From assembly GCF_000143415.4 (NCBI RefSeq), contig NW_003314304.1, forward strand, positions 926,047 through 990,046: a stretch of 64,000 nt of DNA. The letters run 5' to 3'. Below the pieces are notes generated by a model. The model ran no database searches, was not told where the DNA came from, and was given only the letters and a program-made list of their open reading frames with translations. The DNA is from Selaginella moellendorffii (Eukaryota; Plantae; Lycopodiophyta). Positions 12,595-22,277 of the stretch are shown here, one piece after another (the stretch's first letter is position 1; each line of letters begins with the position of its first letter). A program made the translations under genes and the position numbers.

Positions 12595-14547
12595 CTACCT
12601 TGGTTGATTGTGAATCCGTGATGCCGTCGGAACAGCTGATGAGGATTGTGATGGCCGCGCAGCTAAACCCCAAAGCTCGGCTACTTCTAATGCCACATCA
12701 ATCCCTTCCATGGGTTGGGTGGTCGAGCTCTCCCCAGTCAAGCCATGGTCACTTGGTGTTGAGTTCGTCATAGTGGTCACCATGTCCACGATCTTTGCGA
12801 TGTCCAGCGCTTTCTCCTGCTCCTCGCTCAACAGCTTCTGGTCGTGGAGGCGGCACAGAATCGACATTGCATGCTTGCTCCTCTCGCCATCGTGATTATC
12901 CAAACCAAAGGAGAGCGCGCTCATGAGAACTGCTATAACGTCGTCACTGCTACTGCCGCTTCCATCGAGTAGCGTTTCCAGGTACTGGCGATTCTTGCGG
13001 CAGAGAAGATCCAGCACTACTGCCACTTTGCTTCCTAGTGGATCAGCTTGGCAGGTACGGAGGAGCTGGAACAATCCATAGATGACGCTCTTGTAGCCAG
13101 GGAGAAGATCACCATCGCTGGGATCATAGGCTAGCAATGCCGCGAGAGCGTCTAGAGCTAGCTCCTGGAGCTCCTGGGAGGAACAAAAGAGAGCATTCGC
13201 GAGGTACCTTGTCAAGTCGTGATTCTTCCTGAGTAGCGTCCTCAAATTCTTTGCGATCTTCTGCTTGGAGCTCTGGATCTCTGGCTCGTCATCAACCCGG
13301 GCTGGATCATCTCCTGCATCGATGGAGATGATCCATTCGCCATTCCTGAGAGAATCCTTCCACTTCTTGTCCATATCCCCTTGCGCAAAATCAAAGTTCG
13401 CGATCACACCCGGCTCGGCATTGGCAATCCCTCCAAATGCCGCAAGCTTTCCTAGCAGCTCCAGCACCGACTTGTTGGTATCCGGCTCCAGCGCTTTCAC
13501 CAGAAGCGAGACGCCTTCATCACTGGCCTGGACGACGTGTGCCACAGCGAAGAAGGCGTTTTCATCTTCGCAGATCTCGGCCACTAGAGAAATCGCCGCT
13601 CGCCGGTAGATGAGATAGTACTTGTCGCCCATGCACTCGAACAGCCGCTCCACAACTTGACGCTTAGATGCCAAGAGGAGCTTCCCACTTCGCTTTCTCT
13701 GATCTTCTTCTTCCCAGTGGCACACTGCATCCAGCATCAACAAGCTTTTCCTCAGCTCCCGGTTGCCTCTCGATTCCAAGAACTCGTTCGCGACGTAGTC
13801 GACCAAGTTCATCCTTAGCCCCTTGATGGCTCCATCTCTCAACGTCGTCTCGTACACGGCAACGAAGAACTTGGACTTAGTTTCCAGGAGAAATCTCGGT
13901 CGGTCCCTGTTCTTCTTCGCCTTCTTGTACCTCACTGATATGATCTCCCAGCAGCCGCGGATGCACAGGAACAAGCTCGACTCGGCGATGACGATCGAGG
14001 AGAAGCTGATCATTGCGACGAACTCGTTGGACTTTGGATACTTGGGGTGCAGTAGTAGTAGCCAGCGGATCGTGACTCTGAGGCTGACGAGAGCCAGAAG
14101 GATCTCAGTATTGTAGGCCATGTTGTAGACGATGACGAATGAGCGCCCGGAGCGAGCATTGTACAGCAGCAAGAGAAGCAGCAGCAAGAGAAGCAGCAGC
14201 AAGAGAAGCAGCAGCAAGAGAAGCAGCGACAAGAGAAGCAAGAGAGGCAGCGACAAGGAGGTTTGTATATAGACGCCGAAGGGAAAGAGGACGAGGAGGC
14301 GAAGGAGGGCGATGACGAGTAGGATCAGGCGGGAATTCACCTTTCGTTTCTTTAAGCCTTCGGACAAGTTGAGAAACCGGAAGCCCCTGATGCCATAGCT
14401 AACGAGCAGGAGACTGACGTAGTAGAAGTCACAGATTTTCAGATCGTTCACAAATCCCCCCAGGAGAACCACAGTCGCCCACAGGAACATAAACTTTCCC
14501 AAGTTCGTGGTGAACTGCTCCAGAGTTGCGAGCAACACAGCACCCAT
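12595..14547 (-). CDS. Membrane/ARM-like (BLE2-like) protein, copy 2, 650 aa
   Basis: Uninterrupted ORF, paralog of 4566..6470, with a poly-Leu expansion. Confidence 0.85.
   Translation of the reverse strand: MGAVLLATLEQFTTNLGKFMFLWATVVLLGGFVNDLKICDFYYVSLLLVSYGIRGFRFLNLSEGLKKRKVNSRLILLVIALLRLLVLFPFGVYIQTSLSLPLLLLLSLLLLLLLLLLLLLLLLLLLLLYNARSGRSFVIVYNMAYNTEILLALVSLRVTIRWLLLLHPKYPKSNEFVAMISFSSIVIAESSLFLCIRGCWEIISVRYKKAKKNRDRPRFLLETKSKFFVAVYETTLRDGAIKGLRMNLVDYVANEFLESRGNRELRKSLLMLDAVCHWEEEDQRKRSGKLLLASKRQVVERLFECMGDKYYLIYRRAAISLVAEICEDENAFFAVAHVVQASDEGVSLLVKALEPDTNKSVLELLGKLAAFGGIANAEPGVIANFDFAQGDMDKKWKDSLRNGEWIISIDAGDDPARVDDEPEIQSSKQKIAKNLRTLLRKNHDLTRYLANALFCSSQELQELALDALAALLAYDPSDGDLLPGYKSVIYGLFQLLRTCQADPLGSKVAVVLDLLCRKNRQYLETLLDGSGSSSDDVIAVLMSALSFGLDNHDGERSKHAMSILCRLHDQKLLSEEQEKALDIAKIVDMVTTMTNSTPSDHGLTGESSTTQPMEGIDVALEVAELWGLAARPSQSSSAVPTASRIHNQPR
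14164..14256. repeat. Coding minisatellite (CAGCAGCAAGAGAAG)n encoding poly-Leu
   Basis: Four perfect 15-bp units from 14164, followed by degenerate units. Confidence 0.9.
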
Positions 14548-14793
14548 AATAAATCAATTTCCCCTGTTTTGCTGGAGCTAGCTTCCTGCCTGTTCTTCAC
14601 TCAAGCGAGTTTTGATCGGATTCTTCAGCGCTAGTCAAAACTTTGGCCATTTGCAGCTTCCAAGAATCATCACGCTGGAAAATCTCATTAGTAGCAATGA
14701 CACTGAATATGTACACTAAAGTTTACCTCTTGATACTACAATTCGCGTCGAAAGAGCTCTCCTGGCTCTCAAAACAATCACCCAAGAATCTGT

Positions 14794-16925
14794 TCACCGA
14801 GCAGCAGTATTCACACCTTGATCTTGCTCCGTCTCTTCCGGTGGTGGCTTCACATAGCGGCCCAGAGACTTCTGCTTGTAGCGGCTGCGCATTCTAGCCA
14901 GCCTCTCCTTGTTCCTGCGCTTCCTTTCCAACTTCATGTTGTATCTCTCCTGCCTCTCCCTCTCCAAAATTCCCTGCCAGAACACTTCTCCCGTGTGTGG
15001 CCAGAGCCACCGGTACGTAGGATGCTCGTCGTCAACTTTCTCAGCCATGTCTTCGTCCATTCCCTTGAGCACGCTAAAGCTGAACCACTTCACTTTCATC
15101 TGCCCGCGTCGGCTCTCGAGAGCGTTCTGCTCCATCATTATACCCGTCTCAGGATCCACGTAGATGAGTCTCCTGGCACTGTGATACGCCCAAACGTTCA
15201 CCAGGACCTCAAGTAAATGGCAGTAGCAGTGTTGAGCCTAAGATATTTAGTATTTAGAACTCACAGCGACAAGAATTCGAGGTTGTACCATACCTCCAGT
15301 TGTGTGGTTGCAAGAGGACAGTTTCCATGATCGTGATGTTCAACGTAGAGCCGAGAATCGAGAGCGTCCACGAACATCCTAGGACAAGATAACCAGTTAA
15401 GTTGGAGTATGTGCAACAAACTGCAACAGACCGGGAAAACATGACGAACTCCACGAAAGATGAGGTAGACATGGCCCAGCAATGCTTGCTAGACCAGACA
15501 CCAGATGGCATCGTTGGAAGCTCCAGTTGGTCTTTGTTTAAGCCATACATTGTTTTGAATGTCTCCATGAAAATCCGCCTGGAATGAACACCGTTGGCCT
15601 TGACAAACTTTGTCTCGACACATACCTGCAGTTTCCAGCATTGCTTGCATCGCAAGAAGTCCAGAAATCTTCCGACTTGCCAGCCCAGAAATAAACGGCA
15701 TCGCCATGAATACCGACCTTCACAGCCTCGGCTAGAGAGTTTTCAGCTTTTGGCGACAGAGCAACCTGAGGAAAGAAAAATTTAAGATCGTATCCACCGT
15801 CAATCCGCAATTTCTTACTCTTTCGGTAGCAGCTAGCGAGGGTTGAAATCCAATCCACGAGTTCTTATGCACTCGATCAATCCTGTTAGCGATTGCGAGA
15901 AATCCACCAAAATCGCAAAAGCTATCGCGGTAGAAAGTGTCGTTTAAAAGCACAAGGCGTGATGCAGCATCAATGTCGTCGACCCTTGGTCTCCTTCCCC
16001 TCGGTGACTGCATCAAAGTTGAGGTGATGAGAACTTCAAGTACAACACGAGCTTACCAGACTAAGACCACGGTACAGAGGATAATTCTGATGGAGGGAAG
16101 CCCAGCCGCTGTTTCCGTCGTAAGTTTCGTAAATGCATAGCGGCTGCCCAGTGCGCTCAAGCTCCCCATCGTCACGTTCGTGATTCTCAAACTTCTCCCT
16201 TTCGGCTCTTTTCACGCCTCGGTTCACATCCTCAAAAGTCGCTTGGGCTTGTTCTTTTTTCTCATCCAGCTGATGAAAAAGGAGAAAGAAGGAATGAGAA
16301 CAATGAAAGAAGGAGCATCACACTGATGGTATACCTCCTCCTCTTCTATTCTCTCCACGTCTTCAATCGCATGCAGATCTCGCTCCACAGCCACTTCTCC
16401 TTCCAGATTTTCTTCGTAGTCTTCAAAGTTGGCAATAGAACTGTTAATTTTTGCGGAGGCTCCTTGCTCGTCATGAGCTAAAGTTCTTTGCTCCAAGCCA
16501 GATGGACGCGTTCGGGCAACTCTAGAACCATTGAGAAAATTCTGCTGTAAATCGTCAGCTCCACCGGGAAGATTCATCTCGGAACGCTTGGTGACGATCC
16601 CTTCTAACAGCAGCACCGACTGGAAAACCAGCCATAACACTACCGCAGTGATGACAATCCTGGAAGCCAAAACTTTGCCTTTCACTGGAAAACATTCCCC
16701 ACACTCCCTCTTGCTCGCCTTGGAAAATCCATGAGCGGCGCCGCCACCGCGAACATTCACGACCACCTGGGAAGGCTGGAGCTGGAACGCATTGCCATTC
16801 CTAGCGCCTCCATTCTGGGGCAGCCACCGCTTGGACGCATTCCCTGCTCTAGAATTCCCCGATGGCCCGGTGAAGGCCGTCCCTTCCCTGCCAGGCGCTC
16901 CACAGTGCGGGGAGCTCCCTCCCAT
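14794..16925 (-). CDS. Type II membrane protein homologous to the At5g04480/At4g01210 glycosyltransferase-family proteins, lacking the central GT domain (~7 exons)
   Basis: N-terminal TM (RIVITAVVLWLVFQSVLL). Spliced C-terminal region ERDDGELERTGQPLCIYE, LYRGLSL, DDIDAASRLVLLNDTFYRD, WIGFQ, FVEFVMFSRMFVDALD, VNVWAYHSARR, RWLWPHTGEVFWQG. GT-AG introns keep the frame. Confidence 0.85.
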
Positions 16926-17192
16926 TTCCCTTCCCTGGACTCACATTTCACGAATCCGGCTCGCATTTCGCGAAATCCCGCTCCAGCGCCCGTCACAACG
17001 CCGAGATCTCGCAATGTAGCCCCGCATCGCCGCCTAGCGCCACCGGATCCAGCTGCCGCGAGAGAGAGACACCTAAAAACCCTAGACCTCTTTCTCTCTC
17101 CTGTGCGTCCTTTCTTGTCTTGCCAGCAAGAACCCACTCGTGATCAATCCCTTCCAGAGAATATTCCCGGGATCGATCGATGGATAGATGGA

Positions 17193-18707
17193 TCACTCCG
17201 GGCAGAAGGCGTTGGAGAGGAGCACGTAAGGCGTCGCTTGCTCGGGATCGCAATCCGAGGATTGGACCGCACATCGCGCTCCCAGATCAACATCGCCGTG
17301 GACGCGGCAAGCGCTGAGCAGCGATGTCCACTCGATGTCCCCAGGAACAAAGGGCATGGCGGCGATGAGCTCCGCGGCGTCGTCCAGATGCCCCATTCTG
17401 CCAAGCACATCGATCATACACCCGAAATGCTCCAGCGTGTGGCGCAATCCCCGATCCTCCTCCACCGATGTGAAGTAGCGCCAGCACTCGTGGATCAGGC
17501 CGGCGTGGGCGCAAGCGCTGAGCACTACAAGGAAGCTGATCTCGTCTGAAGCGGTGCCCTCGAGATCCATCCCCCGGAAGAGCCCTAAAACCTCGGTGAA
17601 TCGCCCGGCGTGGGCGTATCCTTGAAGGATATTCGACCACGCCGCCACGTCCTTGATGGGCAGAATATCGAAGAGCTCGCGAGCGTCCAGCAAATGCCCT
17701 TCCAGGGTATATCCTGTTATTAGCGAGTTCCACGACACAACATGCCAACAGGGCATTTTGTTAAACAGTAACTTTGCTGTGTGACTTTGGCGAGACTTGG
17801 CATACGTGGTAATTATGCTATTCCACGTTACATCGTCTCTAGCGGGCATGGAGTTAAAGGTATCTCTTGCGAGTAACACATGCCCTAACTCGGCATTTGC
17901 GGTAAGTATCGCGTTTCCAGAGACTATGTCACGATGTGGCATTTTGGCATAGTATTCGGTTGCCCTAACGGTATCTAATTGCGAGCATCCCGACACAATG
18001 AGGCTCCAAGAGAATCTATCTCTTTTGGGCATGGCGTGGAAGAGATCCTGGCCCTCCATCGCCATGCCATTCTGAACGTAAGCGTGGATCATCGCGTTCC
18101 AGGCCGTGATATCCCTCTCCGGAATCGCGATCGCGTCAAACATGGCGCGCGCTCGATCGATCTGGCCGCCGCTCGCGTAAGCCGTGAACATCGCCGTGAG
18201 AGTGATGACATCGCACTCGCTGTGGGGGATCGAGTAGAAGACGCGCTCGGAATCGGCCAATCGCCCGGCTTTGGCACATCCCTGGAGGATCGCTGTCCAG
18301 GCGACGATGTTTCGCTGGGGGATCCGGTGGAACATCCCCAGCGCCTCGTGGATCTTGGAATGGGAGCAGTAGGCTGTGATCATCTCGCTCCAGGTGATCA
18401 CGTTCCTGGCGGTGGCGCCATCGAATGTCCGCCGCGCCCCTTCCAGATGACCATTGCGGGCAAATGCCGAGAGAAGGATGTTCCAGGAGTAGACATTGGG
18501 GCGATCAATCGTGGAGAAGACCGCCGCCGCCTCGCCCACGGATCCACACTTGCCATACATCTCCACAAGCAAATTCGCGAAGAATCGATCGCGGCAGTAA
18601 TCCGTGGCCAGCATCTCGCGATGCGCCTCGCGGCATTTGAAGAGATTGCCGGAGATTCCACACGCCTTGACGACATCGAACAGCCTCGCCTTGAGGCCCT
18701 CGCCCAT
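17193..18707 (-). CDS. PLS-class PPR protein with E domain, 504 aa
   Basis: NLLVEMYGKCGS start, repeated F..MP.RD...W motifs, and LSACAHAG...HFGCMIDVLGRMG...WTSLLSACRVHG...YVLLSN; intronless. Confidence 0.93.
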   Translation of the reverse strand: MGEGLKARLFDVVKACGISGNLFKCREAHREMLATDYCRDRFFANLLVEMYGKCGSVGEAAAVFSTIDRPNVYSWNILLSAFARNGHLEGARRTFDGATARNVITWSEMITAYCSHSKIHEALGMFHRIPQRNIVAWTAILQGCAKAGRLADSERVFYSIPHSECDVITLTAMFTAYASGGQIDRARAMFDAIAIPERDITAWNAMIHAYVQNGMAMEGQDLFHAMPKRDRFSWSLIVSGCSQLDTVRATEYYAKMPHRDIVSGNAILTANAELGHVLLARDTFNSMPARDDVTWNSIITTYAKSRQSHTAKLLFNKMPCWHVVSWNSLITGYTLEGHLLDARELFDILPIKDVAAWSNILQGYAHAGRFTEVLGLFRGMDLEGTASDEISFLVVLSACAHAGLIHECWRYFTSVEEDRGLRHTLEHFGCMIDVLGRMGHLDDAAELIAAMPFVPGDIEWTSLLSACRVHGDVDLGARCAVQSSDCDPEQATPYVLLSNAFCPE

Positions 18708-19016
18708 AAACCCTAAAAGAAACTTTTAAACTTCCCGCCATATTTTGAAAAAGAGCGGGCTCTGCTTCTTAGGGTTCTTGCGATAACGAGCAAATTTACT
18801 CGCAAGTTTCCAATTCCGGAGACCGCCACGATCGGTGGTTACAAATTAAGTCCACGCGGTGATGGGGAAGATCACATACCTAATGCCCCCTTCATTCATT
18901 CGCTCCCAGACAGCGCAAACAAGCAACGAATTCTCGCGGAGACGATCTCTCCTTTGCTTGATCTCGCCAAAGAAAAGAAGAAATCCCTCCAATCGGTCAT
19001 CGATCCGGGTTTGATC

Positions 19017-19592
19017 ATGCCAGGAGCTGGAGGGATGTCGCCGTGCGCCGCTTGCAAGCTTCTGAGGAGGCGCTGCGCCAAGGATTGCATCTTCGCCCCA
19101 TTCTTCCCGCCGGACGAGCCCCAGAAATTCGCCTACGTCCACAAAGTCTTTGGCGCCAGCAATGTGAACAAGATGCTCCAGGTAAGAAAGCCCCTTTGGA
19201 TCGACCAATCGCGAATTCCCAGCTCCTCTCTCTCTCTCTCTCTCCAGGATCTTCCAGTGTACCAGCGGGCAGACGCTGTGAACAGCATGGTGTACGAGGC
19301 GAATTCGCGGATCCGGGACCCTGTCTATGGCTGCGTAGGCGCAATCTCGGCGCTCCAGCAGCAAGTTGCCCAGCTCCAGGCACAGCTCGCGGTATCCCAG
19401 GCCGAGATCGTGTGTATGCGAATGCAGCACGCCTCCACGACGATCGCCCTAGGGCAGCACTGCAAATCCCCCTCGCATCTATCGCCCCCAGCGCCATCGT
19501 CGCCAGAAATCAATCACCAGAACTACAGGCCACCGATCGGATCAGCGGCAGCGCATGATGGCTTCTCGGCGGGATCGCTGCTCGAAAATTAG
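19017..19592 (+). CDS. LOB-domain (LBD/ASL) class I transcription factor; intron 19182-19247
   Basis: CAACKLLRRRC...C.FAPFF, VHKVFGASNV, YEANSRIRDPVYGCVG and a Leu-zipper; GT..AG intron at the conserved KMLQ|DLP site. Confidence 0.95.
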   Translation: MPGAGGMSPCAACKLLRRRCAKDCIFAPFFPPDEPQKFAYVHKVFGASNVNKMLQVRKPLWIDQSRIPSSSLSLSLQDLPVYQRADAVNSMVYEANSRIRDPVYGCVGAISALQQQVAQLQAQLAVSQAEIVCMRMQHASTTIALGQHCKSPSHLSPPAPSSPEINHQNYRPPIGSAAAHDGFSAGSLLEN

Positions 19593-19662
19593 GGCTAGAG
19601 AATTGTTCCATTTTTTACAAACCTTACAGTGAATGAAATTAGGGTTCTTGGGCTTAGGTCAC

Positions 19663-19670
19663 TAGGGTTT
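19663..19670 (-). promoter_or_regulatory. Telo-box (AAACCCTA) just upstream of the ribophorin I ATG; others at 17077-17084 and 18708-18716
   Basis: Exact AAACCCTA motifs at or near the 5' ends of RPN1, the PPR and the GT-like gene. Confidence 0.5.
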
Positions 19671-19672
19671 TG

Positions 19673-22009
19673 ATGGCGGCTTCGTCGCTGTGCCTGATCG
19701 GCTGCGTGGCGCTGTGGATCCTCGCCGGCACTGCCTTGGCTGAAGATTTAGTGGTCGCCAAGCTTGATCGTCGGGTATGTTGCCACATTTCTCTCGAAAT
19801 GTTTTTGATCGGGATTTTCGCAGGTCGATCTGACATCGCAAGTGGCAAGAACCCTCGTTTCTTTCAAGGTAATTCAGTGCATTCTCAGTCATCCCTGGTA
19901 AATCTCGCTTCCACTTCCAGATCGAAAATTCCGGATCCGATCCAGCGACCAAGTTCTTGTTTGCGCTTTCCAAGGATCAATTTGACCATCTCGCATTTAT
20001 CTCGGCCGCGTCTGTGTCAGTGAAAGGCAAGTCGAGGACACAATCCGCGCCTCTAACCGTGAAAGAAGTCGAGAAGAAGGAAGATCCGAGCTCCGATGCT
20101 GTCTACTTCGAAATCTCTCTAGAGAAATCTCTAGAGCAAGGCCAGGCAGCGACCATCGATGTCCAGTACGCGCTTACACATACGCTGACGCCCTTCCCAC
20201 GAGAGATTCGTCAGTCCGAGACACAGCTCGTGCTATACCACGACTCGGCATACGTGCTTTCTCCATATCTGGTGAAGTTCCAGACAACTTTCTTCAAGCT
20301 TCCAGGCAGCCGTGTGGAGTCCTATACCAAAGTGGAGCCGACCAAGTTGGGAGACAAGGAGATCAAGTATGGACCTTACGAGAACGTTTCGCCCCTCAGC
20401 CAAGCACCTGTGACGCTCCAGTTTGAGAACAATCGGCCGTTTGCAGTAGTGGAAACACTTGAGCAGGAGATCGAGATCTCGCACTGGGGGAACGTGTATG
20501 TTACCGAGAACTATCACCTCAAGCATACTGGAGCACGTCTGAAAGGTGGATTTTCCAGGTTAGTCTGTAGATTATTCATTTTCCTCAGTGATTATTGGAC
20601 TAACTGAGCTTTTGCAGGCTAGATTATCAAGCTAAAGGAAACGGTGTTTCTGCCTTTCGCTATCTTGCCGCGATCTTGCCCCCACGGGCACACTCGATCT
20701 ACTATCGTGATGAGATTGGAAACATTTCTACTTCTCATGTCAGGAACGAGCCTAAAAGAGTAAGTATTTCGAATTCTTTCCTCTCGTGTTTTCGAGTGTA
20801 TGATTGTTTGATCTTGGCAGACGATAGTTGAGTTTGAGCCAAGATATCCGCTTTTTGGAGGCTGGCAAGTGAAGTTTACTTTGGGATACAGTGTCCCTCT
20901 CCAAGATTTTGTGTTTTTGGCTCCTGATGGAAGCCGCTACCTTAACTTTACCTTCGGTAGTCCTCTTGTCGACGTAGTTGTGGAGAAGATTACTACAAAG
21001 GTACTTAAACTTACTATTTTGTTCATGTTGAGCTGCTAACGCAATGGTTTCAGGTTGTTCTGCCCGAGGGATCAAGAGATCCCAGTGTGGAAGCACCATT
21101 AGCTTTGGATGAGCAACATCAGGAGGTATATAACTTGCTCCAGTTTAGTTGATGGTTAACAGGGTGGTTGTTTTTTCCAGGTGAAACATAGCTACTTAGA
21201 TACAGTTGGTCGTAAAGTCGTCGTCCTCACGAAGAAAAATGTTGTCGCCGAGCACAATGTACCGTTTCAGGTATGAGGTCTTCATAGACAGAAAAACTTG
21301 AGAAAATGATATCATCCCTGCAGGTCAAATACAAATTTAATCCTCTGGCCATGCTTGCGGAACCACTGATGCTCATTTTCGGCTTCTTCTGCTTCTTCTT
21401 AGCTTGCATGGCGTACTTGCACTTCGATTTTCCAATATCGAAGTCCTCTGCCGCTTACCAAGCTCGTCTCCAGCAAGAGGAGGTGAGCATATATCTAAGA
21501 GTCCTCTCTTTTCTTTTCTTTTTCTGACCGATAAATATCTGCTGTGACTAGGTCCTTGATCTTCTGCAACGCTTCCAAAAGCTCATGAAAAGACGGCTCT
21601 TCGAGGCTGAGAAGCTCGAGGCAGCATTGCGTGACCTCGCCCGTACCGGCGACGTTGCTCCTTGCAAAGCCAGCAAAAAACTAGTAGATCCAACGCTGTC
21701 CAAGGAAGTGAAAGCCATTCACGAAGCTTTGCAAGCAACTTCACGCTCGTCAAGTGTCAACTCAAAGGTAGGTTTTTTTTTCTTTCCATTCGTTTGTTTG
21801 CTAATTGAGGATCATCACAGGTGGAGGCCTTGATCACGAAAGAGAAAGAGAAGCACGAGAGGCTTCTCCAGAAGCTGAATCTCACAGTGGATTTGTACGA
21901 GAGGAAGATGAGCAGCAAGGAGATCGATTCACGCCTCGTTCCCCACGAGCAAAAGTACACTCACCTCAAATCGGAAGTGGCGGAGCTGATGGATAGCTTG
22001 GACGATTGA
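19673..22009 (+). CDS. OST1: Oligosaccharyltransferase subunit 1 (ribophorin I), multi-exon
   Basis: Signal peptide; PFPREIRQSETQLV, YGPYEN, EIEISHWGNVYVTENY, GGFSRLDYQ, YYRDEIGNISTS, PRYPLFGGW, HSYLDTVGR, TM EPLMLIFGFF. Confidence 0.95.
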
Positions 22010-22277
22010 AAGAAAGGAGGAAGAAGAAGCACTCACACAGAACACCACAAGAATAATCGGACAATTGAAAAGACTAAGGTGTCTTAACATCTAACGAAGA
22101 ATGTTTCTAGATCATGCCAATGGGATTTACTCTCATTCCTGAGCACTAGTGGGTCTCTTCTGAAGCAATGCACGAGATTGCGAGAAAGTTTCTTATGGTT
22201 CTTTGTTTCTTACCATGGTAAGTGCGGGATCTTGAGGGAGCGAGGAGCCCAAATTCTGAGTTGAAAAGAGGGGTACG

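Larger units (their letters stand above)
8815..16905. repeat. Tandem segmental duplication, unit 2 (~8.1 kb)
   Basis: Same gene order and near-identical sequence to 788-8814; ends inside the first codons of the intact GT-like gene. Confidence 0.93.

Noticed and set aside
16731-18716. Long + strand ORFs (272 and 245 aa) and similar antisense ORFs over the PPR, ARM and PMIR1 genes
   Set aside because: Shadow ORFs of GC-rich coding strands; no recognisable motifs.
19182-19247. In-frame stop-free LBD intron read through by the ORF track
   Set aside because: Canonical intron at the conserved position; no evidence of retention.
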